Source: Thermodesulfobacteriota bacterium
GTDB taxonomy: Bacteria; Desulfobacterota_D; UBA1144; Nemesobacterales; JAJCZQ01
Direction of reading: 5' to 3'
Length of the DNA stretch: 64,000 nt
Assembly: GCA_965215275.1 (NCBI GenBank)
Contig: OZ244044.1
Span: forward strand, 1,504,001 to 1,568,000
Shown here: piece by piece, positions 36,210-45,925 of the stretch
Layout: every line of letters begins with the position of its first letter
How positions within the stretch are numbered: the first letter of the stretch is position 1
Made by a program: the position numbers and the translations under genes
Notes under the pieces: model-generated
Databases searched by the model: none
Seen by the model: the letters and a program-made list of their open reading frames with translations, nothing else
Told to the model about the DNA's origin: nothing

Positions 36210-38999
36210 TTACTGTACGGGGTTTACCGTATATGTGCAGGAGACCTGTTCATTGAGCCTGTAGTTCCTGCAACCCCAGAACGTTCCGTAAGGACCTTTT
36301 CTTTCTACCATATCTGCACCACAAAGCTGACAAATGGGGACCTTCATATCGCACTGCGGATCCGTACAGACCCTAATTTCCTCCAGCCGCTTCATAGGGT
36401 TACCACACTTTACACAGCCACTTTCGAACTCTTCCATTTCAATGGGATAATTTTCCCTTATCAGCTCTACTACGAAATCAGATGCTATATTCCTGTTGTA
36501 ATTACAGATCAGATAGACGCGATACCGGGCTCTTGTGAGTGCCACGTAAAATAAACGACGTTCTTCGGCGTATAGGAAGGATTCTGACTTTGGCAGAAAG
36601 GACTCGAGCAGTGGATGCGTGCTCTTTTGTGATGGAAATCCATATTCTCCAGATTGCAAGTTCAGCACAACGACAAAATCAGCTTCCTTACCTTTGGAAC
36701 CGTGTATCGTCATAGCAGAAACAGATAGATCGGGATGGTCTTTATCCAGCTTTTTTAACGTTTGATCACTTGGGAGGTCAAACCGAAATCTGCTCAGAAA
36801 GTATACCGTGCTGCTTTTTTCCACGTGAGAAGAGATCTTATTGAGGACTTCTTGCAATATGGGGTCTAATTCAGAACTATCTTCAGTGGTTGCATAGTTT
36901 GTTCTCAGAATGGAAATTGCTGGTTGTTCAGCTACGGTGTGCGTTGATAACGTTTTTTGGATCTGAGCCGGATTTTTCAGAATAAATTTAGACGTAACAT
37001 CACAGATACTGTTATTGAATCTGAACGTTTTGTCTAACCTCGTTATCTTGGTTGCACCAAATTCGTCAGCAAATTGAGTAATAAATGCAATGTCACTGCC
37101 GGTAAATCGATAAATAGACTGCCAGTCATCTCCGACGCAGAAAAGGGAGCAGTCATCTGCGGAATCTCTCAATGCCTTGATCAGTCTTGCCCGGGGATCT
37201 GATATATCCTGAAATTCATCAACAAGTATATATCGCCATCTTGAATTAAATCGTCCTTCATTGACGTAGGTGATGGCACGGCCGATCATATCATCAAAAT
37301 CGATCTGGTCTTCATCGGATAATTTTTTCTTGTAAGATCCAATTATAGGTTTAAGCAGATTTAATGCTTCTGATGCCTGACTTGGATCACTTGACCCCCT
37401 TATTACATCTGCAATTTGCTCCTCCTCAAAGTGACAGGCATTGTACAACTGCAGGAACTGCGTTAGTAATTTGGCGAATTCACTTATTGCACCAAAATCC
37501 TTGAGATCTTTCAGAACGTTCTCAGAAGACCGGGGATTAAATGTGACGCCTGCCCTTTTAAGTTTGGTTTTGAGTGAACTTAAAAGCGAGTCTTCGGTTT
37601 GCTCATAATAATAGGTTTCTATTAGATGAGTGCCGTATTTCTTATGTATTTCACGTTTCCAGTTCATATCTCGATGGTATTTTCCCCGATTGACGTACGG
37701 TGGGGTGTTGCCATTTTTGTCTATACCAAAATGCTCAATATAGATCTCATACTCAGGTAAATAGAAATCTGGTTGGTACTGACGATGATCCCGTGAACGA
37801 GTGGAGTATTTATATTTTGCTTCATACCTGTATTCTATTCCAAGCTTGAAAAGACAGTTGGCGATCAGACATTCACCAAGGCTTTTTACCTTTTCGCCTT
37901 TAAGGGTCCTGATACCGTTAGCCTGGATATAGTTAAAGTATTCACTTTCGGATTTAAAGTCGAACGGATTTACCTGGGGATAAAGATAATGGTCAAAATA
38001 CTCGATTACTTTTTGCCTGTACGCAGTTTCCTGCATTTGTTCTTCAAACCACCTGTTCACGTGATTTGTCAGTTTTATATCATCTTCTGCCAGAGGTGAA
38101 ATTGAAGGCTGGACACCTTCTACGTCGGCAATTATATCCTTTCCCAGTTTGTGGAACGTGCTGGCAACGACCCCTGTTTTACCGAACTTTTCATTCAGGC
38201 GTTCCTGCATTTCATCGGCGGCTTTTCTGGCAAAAGCGAGCATTAAGATCTGTTCTGGTCTTGCCTGTCCGCTTTTTATTAAAAAACCAGCCCTGCTGAC
38301 CATAGTGCTTGTCTTACCGGTTCCGGCACCGGCAAGAACCAGATTGTTATCTTCGTCGGTAATACAGGCGTCTCTTTGTCTCTCGGTCAGTGGGTTTTCT
38401 TCAATGGTGTCAAAGTAATTGACGAACTCCACTTTCTTATCTTTTAAATATTTTTTGCGGCGTACCTCAAGTTCCTTTTTTCCCCAGGACGCTAATTCAT
38501 TTAACAATTTGAAATCGTCCATGTGCTGTTTTTCAACCGTGTCTTGAGGAGGTACTTCCTTGAAAATCTCACGCTGCCTGATCGCGATAGTACGGATGCG
38601 TTGAAATTTTGAACTGCGTAGATAGCTGTCCTGCTCTAAGACCGACCGCACTTCGGCAGATGCTTTACTGACTTCGGGTAATATCTTTCTGTAAAAAAGC
38701 TGCCTTAACCATTTGTAAGTATCTCTTGTGGCTTCCTTAGGCAGATATTCGAAGGACTGGGTTCCTTCACTGGTGTTAAAAGTAAGTTTTGCAAAAAACG
38801 GTCCTTCTTTGTATAGATTGGAGTTGTTGAGTTTCTCTATATCTATCTCTAGTGTTCTGCTTTCGTTTACGTGTAGATACACTTTATCATTAAGATGTGA
38901 AAAACCTATCTTCTGAGCTCCGAGGATGCGGGAGGTCCATGACGGTGAAATGACCTTCTCTGTTCTTAACTTTTTTGGGGTTGTTGAATTTGGCAACAT
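36210..38999 (-). CDS. UvrD/helicase IV (HelD)-like SF1 helicase with inserted PD-(D/E)XK-like nuclease domain and C-terminal zinc ribbon
   Basis: LAGAGTGKT, VDEFQD, VGDDWQSIYRF, EERRLFYVALTRA; insert KSLGECLIAN...YQPDFYL...IEHFG; CQLCG...GPYGTFWGC. Confidence 0.88.
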   Translation of the reverse strand: MLPNSTTPKKLRTEKVISPSWTSRILGAQKIGFSHLNDKVYLHVNESRTLEIDIEKLNNSNLYKEGPFFAKLTFNTSEGTQSFEYLPKEATRDTYKWLRQLFYRKILPEVSKASAEVRSVLEQDSYLRSSKFQRIRTIAIRQREIFKEVPPQDTVEKQHMDDFKLLNELASWGKKELEVRRKKYLKDKKVEFVNYFDTIEENPLTERQRDACITDEDNNLVLAGAGTGKTSTMVSRAGFLIKSGQARPEQILMLAFARKAADEMQERLNEKFGKTGVVASTFHKLGKDIIADVEGVQPSISPLAEDDIKLTNHVNRWFEEQMQETAYRQKVIEYFDHYLYPQVNPFDFKSESEYFNYIQANGIRTLKGEKVKSLGECLIANCLFKLGIEYRYEAKYKYSTRSRDHRQYQPDFYLPEYEIYIEHFGIDKNGNTPPYVNRGKYHRDMNWKREIHKKYGTHLIETYYYEQTEDSLLSSLKTKLKRAGVTFNPRSSENVLKDLKDFGAISEFAKLLTQFLQLYNACHFEEEQIADVIRGSSDPSQASEALNLLKPIIGSYKKKLSDEDQIDFDDMIGRAITYVNEGRFNSRWRYILVDEFQDISDPRARLIKALRDSADDCSLFCVGDDWQSIYRFTGSDIAFITQFADEFGATKITRLDKTFRFNNSICDVTSKFILKNPAQIQKTLSTHTVAEQPAISILRTNYATTEDSSELDPILQEVLNKISSHVEKSSTVYFLSRFRFDLPSDQTLKKLDKDHPDLSVSAMTIHGSKGKEADFVVVLNLQSGEYGFPSQKSTHPLLESFLPKSESFLYAEERRLFYVALTRARYRVYLICNYNRNIASDFVVELIRENYPIEMEEFESGCVKCGNPMKRLEEIRVCTDPQCDMKVPICQLCGADMVERKGPYGTFWGCRNYRLNEQVSCTYTVNPVQ

Positions 39000-39088
39000 T
39001 CGTACAACGACTGGCCTCCACGGTGTTGATCCGTGTCTGCATTACAATAAGGTTAAAAACTTACAGTAATCTGTCGTTCTATACAATT

Positions 39089-39721
39089 TTAAGGACCAGT
39101 AAAAAAACCGCTAAGCTCCCTCGCGGCCATTTCCGTGTCTTCAGGACCAAAGACACCGGTTATGACGGCAATACCGTCCACGCCAGTGTTGATTATAGCT
39201 TGTGCATTGGACTTGTTAATGCCTCCAATGGCAAAGACCGGTACGTTCCTGAATTTCCTTCTGGCTTCATAAAGGGTTTCAATTGGAGTTGATCTTCTTC
39301 CCGGTTTTGTGGGGGTCTTGTAAGGGGTTCCGAAAACTATGTAATCTGCTCCGTCCCTGAGTGCCTTTATGCCGTTCTCAATACGGTTGTAACATGAAGC
39401 ACCTATGATCTTATTGTTCCCTAATATCTTTCTTGCCGTTTTAACGTCCGGGTCGTCTTTTCCAAGGTGCACTCCGTCTGCTTCGATTTCACGGGCGATC
39501 TCGGGCGAGTCGTTAATGATCAGCGGAACGTTGTGTTTATTAGTTATTTTCAGCAAATCCTTTCCCAGTGATATCGTTTCATCCGCTTTTGTATTTTTTT
39601 CTCTCAGCTGAACTATTCCTGCTCCACCTTTTATGGCGGATTCCACTGTGCTGCAGAAATTCTCACGTTCTATAAGATCTTTATCCGTGATAACGTATAG
39701 TCCGTGTAAGTGAAATTTCAT
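39089..39721 (-). CDS. thiE: Thiamine-phosphate synthase
   Basis: LYVITD, VQLREK, LIIND, GVHLG, TPTKP, AIGGI. Confidence 0.95.
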   Translation of the reverse strand: MKFHLHGLYVITDKDLIERENFCSTVESAIKGGAGIVQLREKNTKADETISLGKDLLKITNKHNVPLIINDSPEIAREIEADGVHLGKDDPDVKTARKILGNNKIIGASCYNRIENGIKALRDGADYIVFGTPYKTPTKPGRRSTPIETLYEARRKFRNVPVFAIGGINKSNAQAIINTGVDGIAVITGVFGPEDTEMAARELSGFFTGP

Positions 39722-39918
39722 ATGTTAAAGATAACTGGCTTGATAAACGGGCAAGTTGCGTAACTGGTAATGATAGGTCCATTGTGCCGGGTCGTATGGA
39801 GTAGTATACCGGTTCACGGGCAGTGTCGCATCTTATACCGGGTTTTTTATCGGTTTTTAAGCCAAGCTGCTTCCTCCAGTAAAAACGTTGCTGCTGCCAA
39901 TCGTTACAACTTTGCTTA

Positions 39919-41253
39919 TCAGTTAAACAGGTTTCTGTTTATGGCGTCAACAACCGTGTTGTATTCATTTGGAAGTTCAATAGGTTGATTGGGATAGTTT
40001 GGAGTGACACCCTCAAGGTCTTTTTTGTGATAGCCGATCTTGAATTCGACGAATTTTAGTCCGTGTGCCGTTGAAATTATTACGACCTTGTCTTTTGGAT
40101 CGAAGAGCTTTTTCCCATGCAGTTTAAGGAATACGGCAAGTGCCACCCCGGTGTGAGGACAGTTAAAGGTGCCCGTTTTGTCTACCAGTGCGGCTGCGTC
40201 CGCAAGTTCCTGTTCAGATGCCTGTTCCACTATACCGTCAAACTCTTTCAGCATTCTGATGGCCTTGTTTATACTTACCGGATTTCCGATCTGAATGGCG
40301 TTGGCAAGGGTTTTTTTAGCCTTTATGGGTTTGAACTCTTTAAAACCCTTTAAATAACTTAGATAAAGTGGATTTGCATTTTGTGACTGAGCACAGACTA
40401 TTTTAGGGAACTTCTTTATCAGTCCCAGGTCGTACATTATTTTAAAACCTTTACCCAGTGCCGAGATATTCCCTAGATTGCCTCCAGGTATTATGATCCA
40501 GTCAGGAACCTCCCAGTCGAACTGTTGACAGAGTTCAATACTGATAGTTTTTTGTCCTTCGATCCTCAGGGAGTTTATGGAATTGGCAAGGTATATGTTC
40601 TGCTCCTCGGTCACCCTTTGGACCATATCCATACAGCCGTCGAAGTCGGTGTCAAGAGACAGGACTATCGCTCCGTTGGAAATAGGTTGTACAAGCTGAG
40701 CTATCGATACTTTATTTTTTGGTAAAAACACTATTGCAGGAATGTCCGCAAACGCACAGTAAGCAGCCAGAGCGGCCGAAGTGTCGCCCGTGGAAGCACA
40801 GGCCACAGCAGGTATATCCCTGTTATTTTTTCGCATCTGGTTCACTACTGAGACCAGGACGGTCATGCCGAGGTCCTTGAAGGAACCCGTGTGGCTGTTG
40901 CCGCACATCTTTATCCATACGTCGTTCATTCCGATCTGTCTTCCGAATCTTTCGGCCCAGAACAGATTTGTGGCACCTTCGTACATTGAGACGATGTTCT
41001 TGTCTTCCACTATAGGGCATACCCATTCCTTCTTGCCCCAGACGGAACTTCCATAGGGCCAAAGTTGTTTTCTGTAACGGTTGTCAAACAGGGATTTCCA
41101 CTCTTTGCTGGATACTTCGCTCAAGGGCCTGACGTCGTGAACGACCTCAAGAAGGTTTCCACATTTTCTGCATCGATAAATTATTTCTTCCAGGGGGTAA
41201 ACTTCGTTGCAATCTTCATCTATACAGTTGAACCAGGCTTTGAATTCGCTCAT
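39919..41253 (-). CDS. thrC: Threonine synthase (plant-type subfamily)
   Basis: HTGSFKDLGM PLP lysine, CASTGDTSAALAAY, EGQKT, PGGNLGN. Confidence 0.95.
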   Translation of the reverse strand: MSEFKAWFNCIDEDCNEVYPLEEIIYRCRKCGNLLEVVHDVRPLSEVSSKEWKSLFDNRYRKQLWPYGSSVWGKKEWVCPIVEDKNIVSMYEGATNLFWAERFGRQIGMNDVWIKMCGNSHTGSFKDLGMTVLVSVVNQMRKNNRDIPAVACASTGDTSAALAAYCAFADIPAIVFLPKNKVSIAQLVQPISNGAIVLSLDTDFDGCMDMVQRVTEEQNIYLANSINSLRIEGQKTISIELCQQFDWEVPDWIIIPGGNLGNISALGKGFKIMYDLGLIKKFPKIVCAQSQNANPLYLSYLKGFKEFKPIKAKKTLANAIQIGNPVSINKAIRMLKEFDGIVEQASEQELADAAALVDKTGTFNCPHTGVALAVFLKLHGKKLFDPKDKVVIISTAHGLKFVEFKIGYHKKDLEGVTPNYPNQPIELPNEYNTVVDAINRNLFN

Positions 41254-41501
41254 AGCTTAAAAATACATTTTTCAAATATGGTGTCAATTTTAAAAGACGG
41301 TCCCGTTAATTACTGGGGATTATATACTTTGAGTACCGAAGTACCGAAAGTTCTCTTTGACAGCTTACAGATGCATCTTCCTGTCCCAAAATCCTGTTCC
41401 CCAAGGTCTTTAACTTTTCTAAACCTTGTTTTAATATGTTAAACGAAGCGTTTACACAATAAACACGTTCAATACACTTGAATCTGGATTGTGATTTTCT
41501 G

Positions 41502-41780
41502 TTACTTTCTCGTTCTTTTTTTAGACTTTGGCTCGGAAGTTTTATCCATGCTTTCTTCAATTTTTTCTAACTTTGTCAGCAGTCGTTTGATCTGTCCTTC
41601 AACAACGTAAAGAGACTCGTTCGCAGTTTCGATCCTTTTGTGCAGATAGTGACCAATGATCAGGATTGGAATTACAATAAATATTATTTCAAAGATATAC
41701 CCGGGCGTATTATCTCTTCCGGCGCAGCTGGTCAGGATAGGGATGAGCAGGATGATCATTAAAACATTTGAGAATTTCAT
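41502..41780 (-). CDS. Small membrane (lipo)protein, hypothetical
   Basis: Lipobox-like LTSC, second TM segment, charged tail; RBS GGAG. Confidence 0.6.
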   Translation of the reverse strand: MKFSNVLMIILLIPILTSCAGRDNTPGYIFEIIFIVIPILIIGHYLHKRIETANESLYVVEGQIKRLLTKLEKIEESMDKTSEPKSKKRTRK

Positions 41781-41822
41781 ATTGAATACTCCTTCGGATA
41801 CTTTGTTAAGGTAATTATAGAT

Positions 41823-42425
41823 CTAATTCACTTTTTTAAAAGTCAGGTAATAGATCCTTTTTTTCTCTTTAATAAACTGTTTTTCGTATTTTGTAACGGG
41901 CCGGTCGTTCATTTTTATATTGGAAGTTTTATTAACCGAGATATTTTTGAAGTTTGAATTCAGGTTACACTGCTCAATGATATGACTTACGTAGTCAGCA
42001 TGGTCGCTGGCAAACTCTATGATGCCGTCTTTTTTCATTATTAATCTTAGACGGTGCAGAAACGTCCTGTTTATAACCCGGTGTTTTTTATGTCTGTCCT
42101 TTGGCCATGGATCGGGGAAGTTAATGTACACACTATCGAAAGTCCCACTCCTGAAAACCTGCTCAACTGCTATATTTGCGTCACAGTGAAGAAGTTTTAA
42201 GTTATCTATGTTCTCCTTACGGGAGAAATGGACGGCTCTTTTAAATCTGTAACTTTTGATCTCGATCCCTAAAAAGTTCCAGTCCCTGTTCCTTGTGGCA
42301 AGTTCGATTATAAATTCTCCTTTCCCGAACCCGATCTCCAGTGCGGTCTTGTTAAAGTTCCCGAAAATATCATGGGAGTTTATTGGAAGGTCGCAGGTTG
42401 ATATGTCCAGTATAACGTCAGTCAA
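41823..42425 (-). CDS. trmB: tRNA (guanine-N7)-methyltransferase
   Basis: LEIGFGKG, NFPDPWPKDRHKKHR, TKYEKQ. Confidence 0.95.
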   Translation of the reverse strand: MTDVILDISTCDLPINSHDIFGNFNKTALEIGFGKGEFIIELATRNRDWNFLGIEIKSYRFKRAVHFSRKENIDNLKLLHCDANIAVEQVFRSGTFDSVYINFPDPWPKDRHKKHRVINRTFLHRLRLIMKKDGIIEFASDHADYVSHIIEQCNLNSNFKNISVNKTSNIKMNDRPVTKYEKQFIKEKKRIYYLTFKKVN

Positions 42426-43536
42426 GGATTTCTGTGGTTGTGGCCAGGGAACTTTTAATTACCGCACCGTCAATTCTTATAGAGTATTCCTCGTTTTTTC
42501 TGGACATTTTTCCGATCGCCGAGGGCAGTGCCATCTGAATGTGTCCACCACGAGATTTTTTATCGATCTTCATATTTTCTATCAGTTCACCCGTCCGGAC
42601 GCTGAAGGGTATTTTTGTCGGCAGTCCGGCACGCCTTAGCAGGAGCTCCAGTCTTGTCAGGTCGTTTTTATTCCATAGTTCCAGCTTCACTGCTATTGTA
42701 CCTTCAAGGACCATGCCAATGGATATTGCATTGCCGTGACTTAGCTTATAATCTGAAAGTTTTTCTATTGAATGTCCGATGGTGTGTCCAAAGTTCAGTA
42801 TTTTTCTCAAATTGGTTTCTTTTTCATCTTCCTCTATAACTCTGGCTTTGATCCTGCAGCACCTCATAATGATTTCTGATAAAAATCCCTCGTTAAATTC
42901 AAACAGTTTATTAATATCCTTCTCAAGAACGCTGAAAAGACGTTCATCTGCTATAACTGCATATTTTATTATTTCAGCAGCTCCCTCTCTGATCTCTTTC
43001 GGTTCCAGGGTCTTTAATGTGTCAATGTCTATGTAGACCCGTTTAGGCTGATAGAACGTCCCGACAAGGTTTTTACCGTGCTTTGTATCAACTGCGGTCT
43101 TTCCGCCGATCGAACTGTCAACGCATGCCACGAGCGTGGTCGGTACCTGTATATACGGGATGCCTCTGGTATAGGTTGAGGCAACAAACCCGGCAATGTC
43201 TCCCACCACGCCACCACCAAGGGCGATTATGGCGGAATCTCGTCCAAACCCGGCTTCGAACATGCTGTCTTCTATCCTTGCTTTAATATCTCTGTTCTTT
43301 TGCTTTTCTCCCATAGGGAAATCTATCAGCAGTACGTTGGATATACGCTTCAGGAGAAGCTCTTTTAACCTGCTTCCATACAGTTTTTTAACTTTGGAGT
43401 CAGTTATGATCGCATAGGAAAATCCAAGCGGGTCCCGTACGAGGTCGCTGGCAAGCTGATCTAATATCCCTGCTTTGATCAGTACTTTATAGGAGTTGTC
43501 GGTGATGCTTTTCAGTTTGACGTCTACGTGTATCAT
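42418..43536 (-). CDS. aroB: 3-dehydroquinate synthase
   Basis: ALGGGVVGDIAGF, DSSIGGKT, LNFGHTIGH. Confidence 0.96.
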   Translation of the reverse strand: MIHVDVKLKSITDNSYKVLIKAGILDQLASDLVRDPLGFSYAIITDSKVKKLYGSRLKELLLKRISNVLLIDFPMGEKQKNRDIKARIEDSMFEAGFGRDSAIIALGGGVVGDIAGFVASTYTRGIPYIQVPTTLVACVDSSIGGKTAVDTKHGKNLVGTFYQPKRVYIDIDTLKTLEPKEIREGAAEIIKYAVIADERLFSVLEKDINKLFEFNEGFLSEIIMRCCRIKARVIEEDEKETNLRKILNFGHTIGHSIEKLSDYKLSHGNAISIGMVLEGTIAVKLELWNKNDLTRLELLLRRAGLPTKIPFSVRTGELIENMKIDKKSRGGHIQMALPSAIGKMSRKNEEYSIRIDGAVIKSSLATTTEILD

Positions 43537-43541
43537 TCTGC

Positions 43542-44063
43542 TTAATCGCCGTATTGCAAAACTGACCAGATGTTTGGAGAGTCCAGTCTTTCAGCACCTT
43601 TTAACTTCGTCAGTTCTATCAGGAAAAGATAACCGACTAGGTCGCCTTTTAACTGTGTTATAAGATTACCCGCGGCTTCGGCGGTACCTCCCGTTGCGAG
43701 CAGGTCATCCACTATAACTACTTTTTTTCCTTCCGTTATTGCGTCTTCATGTATTTCAAGTGAATCCTGACCGTACTCCAGGTCATATGACGCGTTTATG
43801 GTCGCACTCGGCAGTTTTCCGGGTTTTCTGATTACTACAAGTCCGGTTGACAGCATCATGGAGAGTGCGGAAGCAAAGATAAAACCCCTTGATTCGATCC
43901 CGACGAGATAGTCTATTTCCCTGTCTTTGATAAAATGTGCCATCTGTTTCATTGCCCGCTCGAACGACTCTGCGTTCTGCAGCAGTGGGGTAATATCTCT
44001 GAAGGTTATTCCCTCTTTTGGAAAGTTCTCAATGTTTCTGATCAGCTTTGATATTGTCTTCAT
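43542..44063 (-). CDS. apt: Adenine phosphoribosyltransferase
   Basis: FPKEGITFRDITPLL, IESRGF, VVIVDDLLATGGT. Confidence 0.96.
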   Translation of the reverse strand: MKTISKLIRNIENFPKEGITFRDITPLLQNAESFERAMKQMAHFIKDREIDYLVGIESRGFIFASALSMMLSTGLVVIRKPGKLPSATINASYDLEYGQDSLEIHEDAITEGKKVVIVDDLLATGGTAEAAGNLITQLKGDLVGYLFLIELTKLKGAERLDSPNIWSVLQYGD

Positions 44064-44068
44064 TTATC

Positions 44069-44539
44069 TTACTCCTTCCGTATTGTTCCATTGCTTAAAT
44101 ACTCAGCGGCCAGTCTGACCGCTTCTGCTGCACTCGAAGTGGAGTGAATAAGTGGTGATACGTCCCACGTGTTTATACCGATCACGGTCTTCTTGAACCT
44201 TAGGGCGAGTGAGATCTCGGATAATGTACCAAATCCGCTCCCTATTGCAATTATAACGTCTCCAGTAAGTGCAACGGTAAGGTTCCTGGCCTGTCCTATA
44301 CCTGTGATTACAGGTACGTCCAGATACTTATTTGCACCGTGTTTTGTTTCCCCGGGCAGTATCCCTATGGTTAAACCGTTTGCTGATCTTGCTCCCCTGC
44401 ATACCGATTCCATAATTCCGCCCATTCCTCCGCATACCACCGCAAAGCCTCTTCGTGCGATCTCTTTTCCCACTTGTTCGGCTATGTCTTTGATCTCAGG
44501 GTCGGCGTTTGAAGGACCTATTACGCTTATCAGTTTCAT
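44069..44539 (-). CDS. TIGR00725/LOG-like Rossmann-fold nucleotide-binding protein
   Basis: VVCGGMGGIME, TGIGQARN, GFGTLSEI; start placed at ATG 44539. Confidence 0.85.
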   Translation of the reverse strand: MKLISVIGPSNADPEIKDIAEQVGKEIARRGFAVVCGGMGGIMESVCRGARSANGLTIGILPGETKHGANKYLDVPVITGIGQARNLTVALTGDVIIAIGSGFGTLSEISLALRFKKTVIGINTWDVSPLIHSTSSAAEAVRLAAEYLSNGTIRKE

Positions 44540-44876
44540 AGTAATTTTCTTCTGGTAGTTACATAGATGAACTGGTAAGATGTATTGCTCGTCAGTTTTA
44601 TCAGGTTTTCTGATCCCATTTTTTATAACGGGCACTTACAGGTGATATTACTCCAGGTTCTGCCCAGGTTCCTTCTCCGCTTATAATTATAACAAAAGGT
44701 TTGTGAAAATATATTAAGATCAGGGGGACTGTATACATCTTTAACCAAACGGGCGATGTATGATAAGATCCTGTCCTACTTAAACAACCTGTATGATCAG
44801 CTAAAAATGATGACCCCCTTTAGCGCAGGTAAGGATACACTTGATTTATATCGTTAATTTGCTAACTTTTAACTCT

Positions 44877-45542
44877 ATGAACCTGAACAAATTAAGAATA
44901 TTGACTTGTGCCTTTTTATTATTACCGTCTTTTTTAATTTTAAATTTTAAGGCTTTCTCAGACAGCAGCCTGCATCCCTTACTGGAACTTGAGTTTGGCA
45001 TGTCCAGTAAAAATGCAAAAAAGCTCATAACTGGTAACGACCGTGAGATACTGAAAGATGAGGTTGATTCAAAAGAGGTCAGAACTGTTTCCTTCAATGG
45101 AGGTATTGTTGAGTATCCATCCATTAGTGACGTTGAAGAAGCTAATAAAAGGACAAAGTTGGAATTTTATGACGATAAGCTCATGTCCACCTCTCTTGTT
45201 GTCGGAAAACTGGACAGGGTACGGCTTGCCAAGGTCAGAAATGAGTTCTTGCAGAGCATAGAAGCTGATTTTGGTGGTTCTGCATCTAAAGACAGCATTG
45301 GCTTTTATGATATATGGACATGGAAAAAACAGAGCTTGAAGATCATTCTGAGTACAAACAGGAACAAAGGAGAGATAAAACTGAAATCCATTTATACTCC
45401 GATCGCTGATTATAAAGTGGAAAGGGAACTGAACGTTAAAAGAAAAGGGGAAATTAGGCATCCGGCAGATCAAATGTTTAAAGATGGGAACTACTCACAG
45501 CAGAGCGGACCTCAGACGGGAAGAAGTAACTTTGTACCCTAA
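44877..45542 (+). CDS. Hypothetical exported protein
   Basis: Long ORF with N-terminal signal-like hydrophobic segment. Confidence 0.6.
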   Translation: MNLNKLRILTCAFLLLPSFLILNFKAFSDSSLHPLLELEFGMSSKNAKKLITGNDREILKDEVDSKEVRTVSFNGGIVEYPSISDVEEANKRTKLEFYDDKLMSTSLVVGKLDRVRLAKVRNEFLQSIEADFGGSASKDSIGFYDIWTWKKQSLKIILSTNRNKGEIKLKSIYTPIADYKVERELNVKRKGEIRHPADQMFKDGNYSQQSGPQTGRSNFVP

Positions 45543-45925
45543 TGTCCAGGATGTTTTAACTCGTCCGTTTTTTCTGCTGGCAGATTTACCAGTTATCAGT
45601 AAGGAAATTACAGTTATACCACGGATAAGATCATCAGCGCAGGGATCGGCAACCCCTGTTGAGAGAGTATACCGATATGACCGAAGTCACTGACACATTA
45701 TTGCCGGGCAGACCTGTTTACACAAATTGATACCTGCTGTTCTGGTTGTCGTTTTGCTGGTCCTTTTGATCGTGAAGGGAGGGCAGTGAAGAAGGAAATA
45801 AGAACGTTGATGGAAATCATCATGTAGTCTTTCAGTTAACGCCAGCAATACTGCCGTTTTATTACCGCTCAGAAAATATTAGTATGTTCTGTCATATACT
45901 CACTGAATCCTTTGTCTGAAAACAT

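Noticed and set aside
39740..39900. Possible TPP riboswitch upstream of thiE (minus strand CCCGTGAACC)
   Set aside because: The CTGAGA and downstream conserved elements are absent
45545..45925. Hydrophobic fragment (LIPAVLVVVLLVLLIVKGG) upstream of the Omp85 gene as a TamB remnant or small gene
   Set aside because: Too short, no clear start or RBS, no recognisable homology
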